A DNA stretch of 64,000 bases from Macrostomum lignano. Taxonomy: Eukaryota. A program made the translations under genes and the position numbers. The stretch covers positions 1 through 64,000 of the forward strand of contig NIVC01001795.1 in the NCBI GenBank assembly GCA_002269645.1. The letters run 5' to 3'. Below, one piece after another: positions 12,420 to 22,500 of the stretch (its first letter is position 1; every line of letters starts with the position of its first letter). A model generated the notes under the pieces. That model saw nothing but the letters and a program-made list of their open reading frames with translations. It was not told where the DNA came from and searched no databases.

Positions 12420-14250
12420 TCGTGTAAAAATCATAGAAGCGCCATGTAAAAAATCATAGAAGTGTCATGTAAAAAATCATAGAAGCGTCATGTAAACAAT
12501 CATAGAAGTGTCATGTAAAAAATCGTAGAAGCATTATATAAAAATCATAGAAGCGTCATGTAAAAATTCATAGAAGCGTCATGTAAACAATCATAGAAGC
12601 GTCATGTAAACAATCATAGAAGCGTCATTTAAAAATCACAGATGCATCATTTAAAAAATCATAGAAGCGTCATGTAAACAATCATAGAAGCGTCATGTAA
12701 AAAATCAGAGAAGCGTCATGTAAACAATCATAGAAGCGTCATGTAAACAATCATAGAAGCGCCATGTAAAAAATTGTAGAAGCGTCATGTAAACAATCAT
12801 AGAAGCGTCATGTAAAAAATCATAGAAGCGTCATATAAAAAATCAGAGAAGCGTCATGTAAAAAATCGTAGAAGTGTCATTTAAAAATCATAGAAGCATT
12901 ATTTAAAAAATCATAGAAGCGTCATGTAAACAATCATAGAAGCATCATGTAAACAATCATAGAAGCGTCATGTAAAAACTCTTAGAAGCGTCATTTGAAA
13001 ATCATAGAAGCGTTATTTAAAAAAATCATAGAAGCGTCATGTAAACAATCATAGAAGCGTCATGTAAACAATCATGTAAGCGTCATGTAAAAAATCATAG
13101 AAGCGTCATGTAAAAAATTGTAGAAGTGTCATGTAAAAAATCATAGAAGCGTCATGTAAAAAATCGTAGAAGCGTCATGTAAACAATCATAGAAGCGTCA
13201 TGTAAAAAATCATAGAAGCGCCATGTAAAAATCATAGAAGCGTCATGTAAAAATTCATAGAAGCATCATGTAAACAATCATAGAAGCGTCATGTAAACAA
13301 TCATAGAAGCGTCATTTAAAAATCACAGATGCGTCATTTAAAAAATCATAGAAGCGTCATGTAAACAATCATAGAAGCGTCATGTAAAAAATCAGAGAAG
13401 CGTCATGTAAACAATCATAGAAGCGTCATGTAAACAATCATAGAAGCGCCATGTAAAAAATTGTAGAAGCGTCATGTAAACAATCATAGAAGCGTCATGT
13501 AAAAAATCATAGAAGCATCATATAAAAAATCATAGAAGCGTCATGTAAAAAATTGTAGAAGTGTCATTTAAAAATCATAGAAGCATTATTTAAAAAATCA
13601 TAGAAGCGTCATGTAAACAATCATAGAAGCATCATGTAAACAATCATAGAAGCGTCATGTAAAAACTCTTAGAAGCGTCATTTAAAAATCATAGAAGCGT
13701 TATTTAAAAAAATCATAGAAGCGTCATGTAAACAATCATAGAAGCGTCATGTAAAAAATCATAGAAGCGTCATGTAAAAAATTGTAGAAGTGTCATGTAA
13801 AAAATCATAGAAGCGTCATGTAAAAAATCGTAGAAGCGTCATGTAAACAATCATAGAAGTGTTATTTAAAAAAATTATAGAAGTGTCATGTAAACAATCA
13901 TAGAAGCGTCATGTAAACAATCATTGAAGCGTCATGTAAACAATCATAAAAGCGTCATGCAAACAATCATAGAAGCGTCATGTAAACAATCATAGAAGTG
14001 TCATGTAAACAATCATAGAAGCATCATGTAAACAATCATAGAAGCATCATGTAAAAAATCGTAGAAGCGTCATTTAAAAATGATAGAAGCATCATGTAAA
14101 CAATCATAGAAGCGTCATGTAAAAAATCATAGAAGCGTCAAGAAAAAATCATAGAAGCCTCATTTAAAAACTAATGAGTGTCATTTAAAAAATTAAGAAG
14201 CATCATGGTACAATAAAAGAAGTGTCATGTCAGACATGAAGGGTGTCATG
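12420..14250 (+). repeat. 23-bp AT-rich minisatellite (CATAGAAGCGTCATGTAAAMAAT), ~80 copies, inside the Helitron
   Basis: Tandem units read directly; diagnostic variants recur about 688 bp apart. Confidence 0.95.
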
Positions 14251-15075
14251 TAAAAATTAAATGCAGCTATAATGCTGTGCTGGGGAGAAAAACTGAGACA
14301 TAAAGGCTCTTAGAGAATAACTGAGATTATAGGGGGGGGGGGGGTTCTGAGATGTCAAAGCAAAAGTCAGAAGCTACTTCAAAGTTCATGTACTTTACTT
14401 AATTTTTTCATTGCATTCTTTGTTGGCTCGCCACGGGGGGGGGCACTGATAGAAGAAGAGTCATGTAAAAAATAAAAGTAGCACTATGTATACATAAAAG
14501 AAAAGTCATGTCAAAGTTAAAAGATTCATTTGGGAATTGCTACGATGTCAAAGCTTGGTGGAAATCGTTATAGTGCTGTGATTCTTAAAGAAGGAATCAC
14601 GAAAATGTCAAGGCTTAGGGGAGAAGAATTGCTGAGATTTCAAGGCTTTAGGTTGGGTTAAAGTTAGGTTTAGGTCAGGTGTGGGTTGAGGATTATATTT
14701 TATCGGGTTTCAAGGTTAACAGAATAACAGGGGATTTTTTAGATTTCAAGGTTTATGGGGGCTATCGCTGACATGTTAAGGCTTACGGGGGGAATAGCTG
14801 AGATGTCAAGGCTCACGGGAGTATAAATGAGATTTCAAGGCTAAAGTCAGAAGCTACATGTAGTTTATTGAAAACTTTTTATTACATTATTTGATGCCTC
14901 CTCAGGGGAGGGATCGCTGATAAAAAAGAGTAATGTAAAAAATAAAAGAAGCTTCATGTCGAAGTTAAGAGATTCATTTGGGAATCCCTACGATGTCGAG
15001 GCTTGCAGGGAATCGCTATAATGCTGTAGTAGTGCTATAATGACTCTTAGAGAGAATTACTGAAATTTCAATGCT

Positions 15076-15137
15076 TTAGGGTTAGGTTAGGGTTAGGGTT
15101 AGGGTTAGGGTTAGGGTTAGGCTAGGGTTAGGGTTAG
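15076..15137 (+). repeat. Interstitial telomeric (TTAGGG)n tract
   Basis: About 10 TTAGGG/TTAGG units; degenerate counterpart at 14648-14690. Confidence 0.9.
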
Positions 15138-15613
15138 AAGGTTGACAGATATTTTTAGATTTCCAAGGCTTATTGGGGGCATTGCTGAGATGTCAAGGGG
15201 GGAAGTTGATATGTTAAAGCTTGTGGGGGGGAATTACTGACATGTCAAGGCTTACAAGGTTTGACAGGAGATTTTTTAAGATTTCAAGGATACATGTAGC
15301 TTATTAAAAAAACGTGTATTGCATTTCTTTGGCTCCCCAACGGGGGGCGTAGATTGCTAGTCCAAATATACTAAATGTGTTAATACTTTCGACTGAAGTG
15401 GACATATGAGTGTACTTTGTTACTAAACTGTTTAGCTTACAGCTCAGGGATACATTGTATGCAATTCATTGCTTCAGTCTTTCTTGTATGAGCCTGCATA
15501 GTTGGAGTTTGGTTTGACTAAACAGTTCACCAGTTTTAGATTATTGCAATATCTTTTTGCCATGTTGTAAAATTTATTAGAATTACATTTCAATTCCAGT
15601 TAAAGCAGCTTCA

Positions 15614-16033
15614 ATGAAGCCAATGCTGAGTTTCATCTTGCGCCCGTATCTGGAGCTGCGTGGCACTGCACCCAACCTGGAACGCTATTTCTGCTTCAAG
15701 TGTGCACAGCTGTTTGCTGAGCCGCCTTGCCAGACCGCAGATGGCCAGCGTGTCTGCGCTGCGTGCTGCTGCGCTGCGGGAATCCCAGTTGCCATGCGCA
15801 AGGATCGAGCCTTGTGGCGGGACCTGCGCCCGCTGCTCTGGGTTCGCTGCCCTGGCAACGGTTGTCAAGCGGTTCACTTGCTGGCTGAGATTGATCAAGC
15901 CGGTGGCCTGGCCGCCTGTCCGGCTTGTCGGTTTCGCCTGCGCATCGACAGTGCCAATGAGCTTGCGCACCTGCTGAGCGCCTGTCTGAGCATGTGCGAC
16001 CTTGTCGATCAATTCAGTGACCTAGCCGCCTGA
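15614..16033 (+). CDS. Small Cys-rich protein resembling the N-terminal RING and zinc-finger region of TRAF proteins (degenerate)
   Basis: 139 aa ATG ORF with GC-rich coding composition; YFCFKC..L..PPCQTADGQRVCAAC and D.ALWRDL..L.VRCPGNGC resemble TRAF C..C..L..P.QT.CGH.FC..C and V.C.N.GC; AG acceptor at 15598-15599. Confidence 0.5.
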   Translation: MKPMLSFILRPYLELRGTAPNLERYFCFKCAQLFAEPPCQTADGQRVCAACCCAAGIPVAMRKDRALWRDLRPLLWVRCPGNGCQAVHLLAEIDQAGGLAACPACRFRLRIDSANELAHLLSACLSMCDLVDQFSDLAA

Positions 16034-16139
16034 TAAACTCAGAACTAGTCCAAGGCTTCTTTGCGACATGCTACCCACCCCATGAACCTTCAGCGACCCA
16101 AGACCTCTTCACCTATCAGTGACCCAATACCATCCCATG

Positions 16140-16545
16140 ACTCTTCAGTGACCTAATGCTTAACCCATGACCCATCAGTGACCCAAGGCTAACCCATGAC
16201 CCATCAGTGACCCAAAACTAACTCATGACTCATCAGTGACCCAAGGCTAGCCCATGACCCATCAGTGACCCAAAACTAACTCATGACTCATCAGTGACCC
16301 AAGGCTAGCCCATGACCCATCAGTGACCCAAAACTAACTCATGACTCATCAGTGACCCAAGGCTAGCCCATGAGCCATCAGTGACCCAAAACTAACCCAT
16401 GACCCATCAGTGATCCAAAACTAACTCATGACTCATCAGTGACCCAAGGCTAGCCCATGAGCCATCAGTGACCCAAAACTAACTCATGACTCATCAGTGA
16501 CCCAAGGCTAGCCCATGACCCATCAGTGACCCAAGGCTAGCCCGT
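16140..16545 (+). repeat. 29-bp minisatellite (CATCAGTGACCCAAGGCTAGCCCATGACC) with alternating variants
   Basis: About 14 units; AAGGCTAGCC and AAAACTAACT variants mostly alternate. Confidence 0.9.
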
Positions 16546-17272
16546 GACCTTAGTAAGTGCAAGAACTGATAAAGTACTCGCATTGTTGCGAATGTGCACA
16601 GTATCTCAGTATCTCAGATTAGACAAATAATCTGAGATAGACAACTATGCCGACTTTTTATCGTTTTACCGAAAATAGAATTATATTTGAAAAAAAGCAA
16701 TTATAATCAGCATTGACAATTGACATTCCATATGTAATTTTACATTTTATAATTATTATCAGAGTATTTTTAATACTGAGAATCTCCGCCTCCTGCCAGC
16801 GCTCTTTTCCCCGGTGCAATTGCCGCGTTTTTAGCTTATCAATTTTTTTTATTTAAAAAAATATGTTTATTAATAATTTGCTTGCTCAGTATACAAAGTG
16901 TGCCGTGCTATACACTAATGTACACTAACGCGTACCTGTTGTTGTATAATTACAGAAGAAATAAATAATGCATGCTCCGAATTTAAAACAATAAATCTGT
17001 TAATTTCATCTCTTTTGGCTTTTTATTCATATATTAGCAACAAGCAAAGCTTACTTTTTATCAGCTAACACAATCGTATAAATATTGAAAACTGCCTTTG
17101 TGAAGTCTAACTTGAAAAATTCAACTCTTAGACCGAGAACAAATCTCAAACAATGAACCTTTCTGAGTCCAAATTTACAACTCAAAAATTTATATATTAG
17201 AGGAATCAAACCGATCGATTTGGAATTCTTTGGCTTGCAAAAGCAGCAGACCAGGAAATCTGGGAGCAGCAA

Positions 17273-18269
17273 ATGGGCCGGAAGGATGCGATGGCGGCGC
17301 AGCTGCCTGTGGATCAGTACCGAAAGAAGATCGGTGCGTCTTTTGATGTCTGTGCTGCTGGGTGGCCACTGGGTGTCATGGGGTAGTATGGGGCCACTGC
17401 TGATGGTCATGGGGCAGTCTGGGGTCACTGCTGATGGTCATGGGGCAGTCTAGGGTCACTGCTGATGGTCATTGGACAGTCTGGTCACTGCTGATGATCA
17501 TTGGGCAGTCTGGGTGGGTGGTCATGGCCCCATGGGGTAGCGGTGGAACACAGGGGGGGGGTCATGACTCCATGGGGTAGCGATGGAACACTAAGGGGGG
17601 GGGTCATGGCCCCATGGGGTAGCGTTGGAACACAGGGGGGGGGGTCATGGCCCCATGGGGTAGCGGTGGAACACAGGGGGGTCATGACATCATGGGGTAG
17701 CGGTGGAACACAGGGGGTCATGGCCCCATGGGGTAGCGGTGAAGCACAGGGGGTGTCATGGCCCCCCATGGGGTAGCGGTGGAACACTGAGGGGGGGGGT
17801 CATGGGATAGCGGTGGAACACAGGGGGGTCATGGCCCCATGGGATAGCGGTGGAACACAGGGGGGGGTCATGGCCCCATGGGGTAGCGGTGAAACACAAA
17901 TGGGGTCATGACCCCATTCGGTAGCGGTGACCCCACTAAGCTGATAAGCCTGCTGCCATCCCCCTGTCAACTGCAGGCCAGAGCCAGCAGAAGCGGGCCA
18001 GCAAGAGCATGAAGGAGCAGCGATCAGCTGATGAGCAGCTCAAATCGCGGTCGCTTGTCTCGGTGAGTCATAAAAAAGCTCCGGATGATCAGTTAAAAAT
18101 TTCCTGAACAAAAGTGTAAATAAAATCTATCGTTCTCCAACATCAGGACGTGCTGCTGCCTCTGGCCGGTCTTCTGCTTTTGCTAGTCGGTCTCTACTGC
18201 TCTCTATACTACTATATAGATCGGCAGGGCAGTAGTGCAAAAGGCGCATCTTCAACGTCGCAACAGTGA
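17273..18269 (+). CDS. TRIQK: Triple QxxK/R motif-containing protein, 89 aa single-pass membrane protein
   Basis: Exons 17273-17333, 17977-18062, 18147-18269 with consistent phases give MGRKDAMAAQLPVDQYRKKIGQSQQKRASK...DVLLPLAGLLLLLVGLYCSLYYYID; the N-terminus matches the recalled vertebrate MGRKDAATIKLPVDQYRKQIG plus a C-terminal TM helix. Not in the ORF track. Confidence 0.9.
17370..17935 (+). repeat. Two adjacent minisatellites (~31 bp and ~40 bp) in TRIQK intron 1
   Basis: TGCTGATGGTCATGGGGCAGTCTGGGGTCAC x4, then GGTCATGGCCCCATGGGGTAGCGGTGGAACACAGGGGG x~10. Confidence 0.9.
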
Positions 18270-18879
18270 TATTTTGATAGAATTTGAGAAAACTTCATTG
18301 CCTTTTTCGTTGTTTAAAAATCAAATCAATAATTTTATTGACCTAAGGCTTTCTGTTCTGCAGGAAATCAAAATGTTTACTTTGTTTTGTGTTGTTTACT
18401 TTTTTGTAGAAGATTCTTGGCCTGACTGCCGCCTTATATTGGTTCCAAGTTGGGCGGTTTTTGTACATTTAATATTTATTGATTTTTATGGATAATATAG
18501 GCACGGAGTGGGTGGCATTAAATTCTGATTTGCGGTCCAGGTTCCTTCAAGGATGGTTGGTTGCAGAATGATCGTCAAATCCCCTTTGTGTGCCAAATTT
18601 CTTGTGTCCTGTGTACATATTGATTTTCAGAATTGTTTTACAAACTTGGTGATTTTTAATTAGAATTTCATTACTAAATACAATTCTTGATATTAATTTC
18701 ATTTTCATAGCCTGAAAATGCTTTTTTAGTGCAATTTTGATCACATTTTAACACCTGGTGTGAATCTGGCACACGCGTTCGGCTTCCAGCTTCTCGACTT
18801 AAAACTTACTTTTTAAGTTGGAAATTTGTTGGATGGGACTTCACCAGGATTACCGTTAGAGGGCTCCATATTGGTCTGT

Positions 18880-19260
18880 TGGTGTCGCATTAGTTTTAGG
18901 GGGCCACATTGGTCTGTTTGAGGGGGTCACATTAGTCCGTTGGGGGTGTCACATTGGTCTGTGAGAGGTTACATTGGTCTGTTAGAGAGGCCGTGGTCAC
19001 ATTGCTCTGTTTGAGGGGGTCACATTGGTCTGTTAGAGGGGCCGGGGTCACATTGCTCTGTTTGAGGGGGTCACATTGCTCTGTTTGAGGGGGTCACATT
19101 GCTCTGTTTGAGGGGGTCACATTGCTCTGTTAGAGGGGCCGGGGTCACATTGCTCTATTAGAGGGGGTCACATTAGTCTGTTTGTGGTGTCTCATTAGTC
19201 TGTTGGGAGGGGACATATTGGTCGGTTAGAGGGGGTCACGTTAGTCTGTAAGTGGGTCAA
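18880..19260 (+). repeat. ~23-bp minisatellite between TRIQK and POLG
   Basis: GGGGGTCACATTGCTCTGTTTGA units. Confidence 0.85.
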
Positions 19261-19501
19261 ATTTGTCTCAGGTCAGGGAGTGGGTCAGTTATTTCAGCAA
19301 TCACAGTCGGTGAAACCATTTTCTAATCAAAGGCCTTGGCAGCACCCATAATTAATTATTTGAAAAAGTACTGAATGTACTTGCATAAATCTTCTGTTGA
19401 TGCATCCATCCAGAGTGATGCTGATGCTCGCCTTGCTCAATCTTCATCAGCTTGCTCAGCAGCATCCGCTCTGACTCGGCGGCAAAGTAGGTCAAAGCCA
19501 A

Positions 19502-22500
19502 ATGCAGCTCCTGTCGAGCCAGCGCCTTCTAGCGAAGTTGCTTAAACGATTTAAAAGCGTTGAAGCTGCGGCAACTGCGACAGCGACTTCTTCAAGCGCT
19601 GCTGACGCCGCCGCGCCAGCGGACTTTGAACCGCCGACCTTCAATGAGGTTCGTTGAGGCTCTCCAGATTTGGTTACTTCTGTGATTGTCTTTGTCGGCT
19701 AATGACTAAATACGATTTGTACATGTATTACTTTTTAAGCCAGTGGGGAATAATAAACGTCTGATTTATACATACTTCGATTCTTACGAGCAGTAGGCCA
19801 GGCCGTAAGAATGTAAACTGAGCCCAATGTACACCTGAGTTGCCACAGTGTTCACCAGTCCCGATACACACTAGTCCTAAGTTCCAATGTGCACTAGCCC
19901 TAATGTACATGTGCACTAGTCCTGATGCATGTCATCCCTTTTTACGCCAGCCCCACTGTAAACTACATTAACTTAACACCATGTGTTATGTGACACAACA
20001 CAAAGTACATGTCAAACGTACAACAGCTTCAATCATTGTACATGTTCACCAGCCCCGTTGTGTACTCAGTGTGAATGTAGAACAACTGCAAATATTCTAA
20101 GGTTAATGTACACCTAAACCCTACAGCCCCCCAATGTTACACCAAACCTACAGCCCCAATGTACACCCAAACCCTACAGCCCAATGTACACCCAAACCCT
20201 ACAGCCCAATGTACACCCAAATCCTACAGCCCAATGTACACCTAAACCCTACAGCCCAATGTGCACCTAAACCCTACAGCCTAATCTATACCCAAACCCT
20301 ATAAGTCCAATGTACACCAAACCTTACCGCCCCAATGTGCACCAAGTTGCAAACCTTCATGTGCTTCAAGGTTGGCATCCAGCTGCTCAGTCGGGACCTT
20401 CAACGCGCCCTCTTCGGAGGCCAGGAAGGCGCCGGCGGCTCGCGCGATGCTTCGAAGCGGCAGCGGCCGCCGCCGGCAGCCGCCGTGGCTCACCTGAAGC
20501 GCCACGGCATCCCGCTGGAACAGTCCCTGGCCTCTGCCTCCGCCGGCAGCCACGCCTCAGTGATCCGCTGCCCCCTCCCCCCGCTGGAGGGCGGGGCGGG
20601 CATCGAGGAGCACTTCAGGCGCATCGCCGAGGAGCAGGTGGCGCCCTACCGCCGCCTGATTGACGCTCTGGCCTCGGCGAGGACCTCGAAGGCTGGGCCG
20701 CCGGCCAAAGACGCCTGGCCGATGCCATCTGGTCCGGGCTGGCACCGGCTGCTGTGCTCCGGCAATTCCGCCGCCGCTGCGAGACTCGAACCCGTGACCT
20801 GTCCAGGCGGGGACGCGTTCGTGTTCGACACCGAGAACGTGCTGGCGGTGGGCCAGGCGCCCGTCATGGCGGTGGCTTTCGGCCTGGAGGGCTGGTCCGT
20901 ACCCTGGGGGTGGGGGTGGCTTGTGGCCTGGAGGGCTGGTCCGTACACTGGGGGTGGTGGGGGTGGCTTTCGGCCTGGAGGGCTGGTCCGTACCCTGGGG
21001 GTGGTGGGGGTGGCTTTCGGCCTGGAGGGCTGGTCCGTGCCCGGGGGTGGTGGGGTGGCTTTCAGCCTGGAGGGCTGGTCCGTGCCCGGGGGTGGTGGGT
21101 GGGGGTGCGCGAGAACTAGACACGTGATTCAGGCGCTAAATTATGTACTATAAATGTACTTTGAATTAAATGTACTTTAAAGGAACTATATTGTAGACTT
21201 TAAAGAGGCTGCTAAATCACAATTTAGGAATATTAGAGTTCCGAATGTGACAGAGAGGCGACTGTTGCATCACTAGCGCGTCGCGAAAGAGTCGTCCAAG
21301 AAGCGTAAAACTCAAATTCATCAGGCGACGCAAATGCGCTTCAAACACAACTCAGCGACTCTGGCACGCCTTTAAATACGACTCTACGGTCCAGATCGCG
21401 TTTCAGAGTCGCAGACAATAAAACACTTCAAATTGACTGTTGGGCGACTCTTTGACGACTTTTTAGCGACTTGTATCGACTCGTCGTTTTAGCGTCGTTT
21501 AGAGTCGTATTTTACCCCCTGTGTTACCTGCAAGCGACTCAGAAACGACTATGGGGCGACGAAAGTCATTCTGGGACGCTTCTTGGTCTTGGTACCGTAG
21601 ATAGTTTTACTTAATAGTTTTTAATTATTTTTTATTAGATGACGAGGCTTCGACTACTCTAGATACATCTATAGTTACTCCTACTGTTTACCCCGATCAG
21701 GTACTGCTGGTGCTCGCCGATGCTGTTCAGTGGGCCGCCAGTCGCAGACGATGAACTCGCTCCGGAGCACCTGGTGCCGATGTACGGTCCTGGGGATGAT
21801 CCAGACCGGCCGCGCCTCATTGCTGGCCACTTTGTTGCGTTTGACCGGGCCAAGATCAAGGAGGAGTACAGTCTCCAGGTGAGGGGCGAATTGCTTACTG
21901 ACAGGCCTTCATAATTCCTTTGTCACCGCAGCGCGAACTTCTAAAATTTGGCTGCCTAAAATCGGCAATCACCCACACAATCGCATTTTTAAAATAGCTG
22001 TTTAAAAATAGCAAACATCATTTAAATTTGTTTTCTTAGGAATATCACCCTTCAGAAAATTGCCCCTTAAAACGCTCCCTAAAATCGTTCCCTAAAGTCG
22101 GCCCCTAAAATCGCCCCCTAAATCCATATACTAAAAATGGTCTGTCGGTAGGTAGGTAGGTATGTGGGTATGTGATCGATTTTAGCAAAAATGGCTCAAT
22201 CGATTTTGTTCGAACTTATGGTCCCTAAATCGTCTCTAAAATCGCCCCCTAAAATCGCCCCTAAAATCGCCCCCTAAATCGTCTCTAAAATCGCCCCCTA
22301 AAATCGCCCCTAAAATCGCCCCCTAAATCGTCTCTAAAATCGCCCCCTAAATCGTCTCTGAAATCGCCCCCTAAATCGTCTCTAAAATCGCCCCCTAAAT
22401 CGCCTCTAAAATCGCCCCCTAAATCGCCTCTAAAATTGCCCCTAAAATCGCCCCTAAAATTGCTCCCTAATATCGCCTCTAAAATCGCCCCCTAAAATCG

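Larger units (their letters stand above)
11796..15360 (+). mobile_element. Non-autonomous Helitron-like element
   Basis: Starts A^TCCAATATACTAAAAATGGTCTGTCTG..ATGGCTGGACCGATTTT, typical of Helitron 5' ends; ends with a GC hairpin (CCCCAACGGGG) followed by CTAG^T at 15357-15361; the 5' end is also present at 22123; no Rep/helicase ORF. Confidence 0.7.

Noticed and set aside
15076-15137. True chromosome end or telomere fusion
   Set aside because: Only ~60 bp, single orientation, embedded in a duplicated TE module
19411-19548. Alternative frame overlapping the POLG start (DADARLAQSS...EVA*), reminiscent of POLGARF
   Set aside because: Short, no ATG in frame, low complexity; no support for homology
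21235-21570. GCGAC/GTCGC-rich segment resembling a MITE in POLG intron 2
   Set aside because: TIR match is weak and no TSD was found
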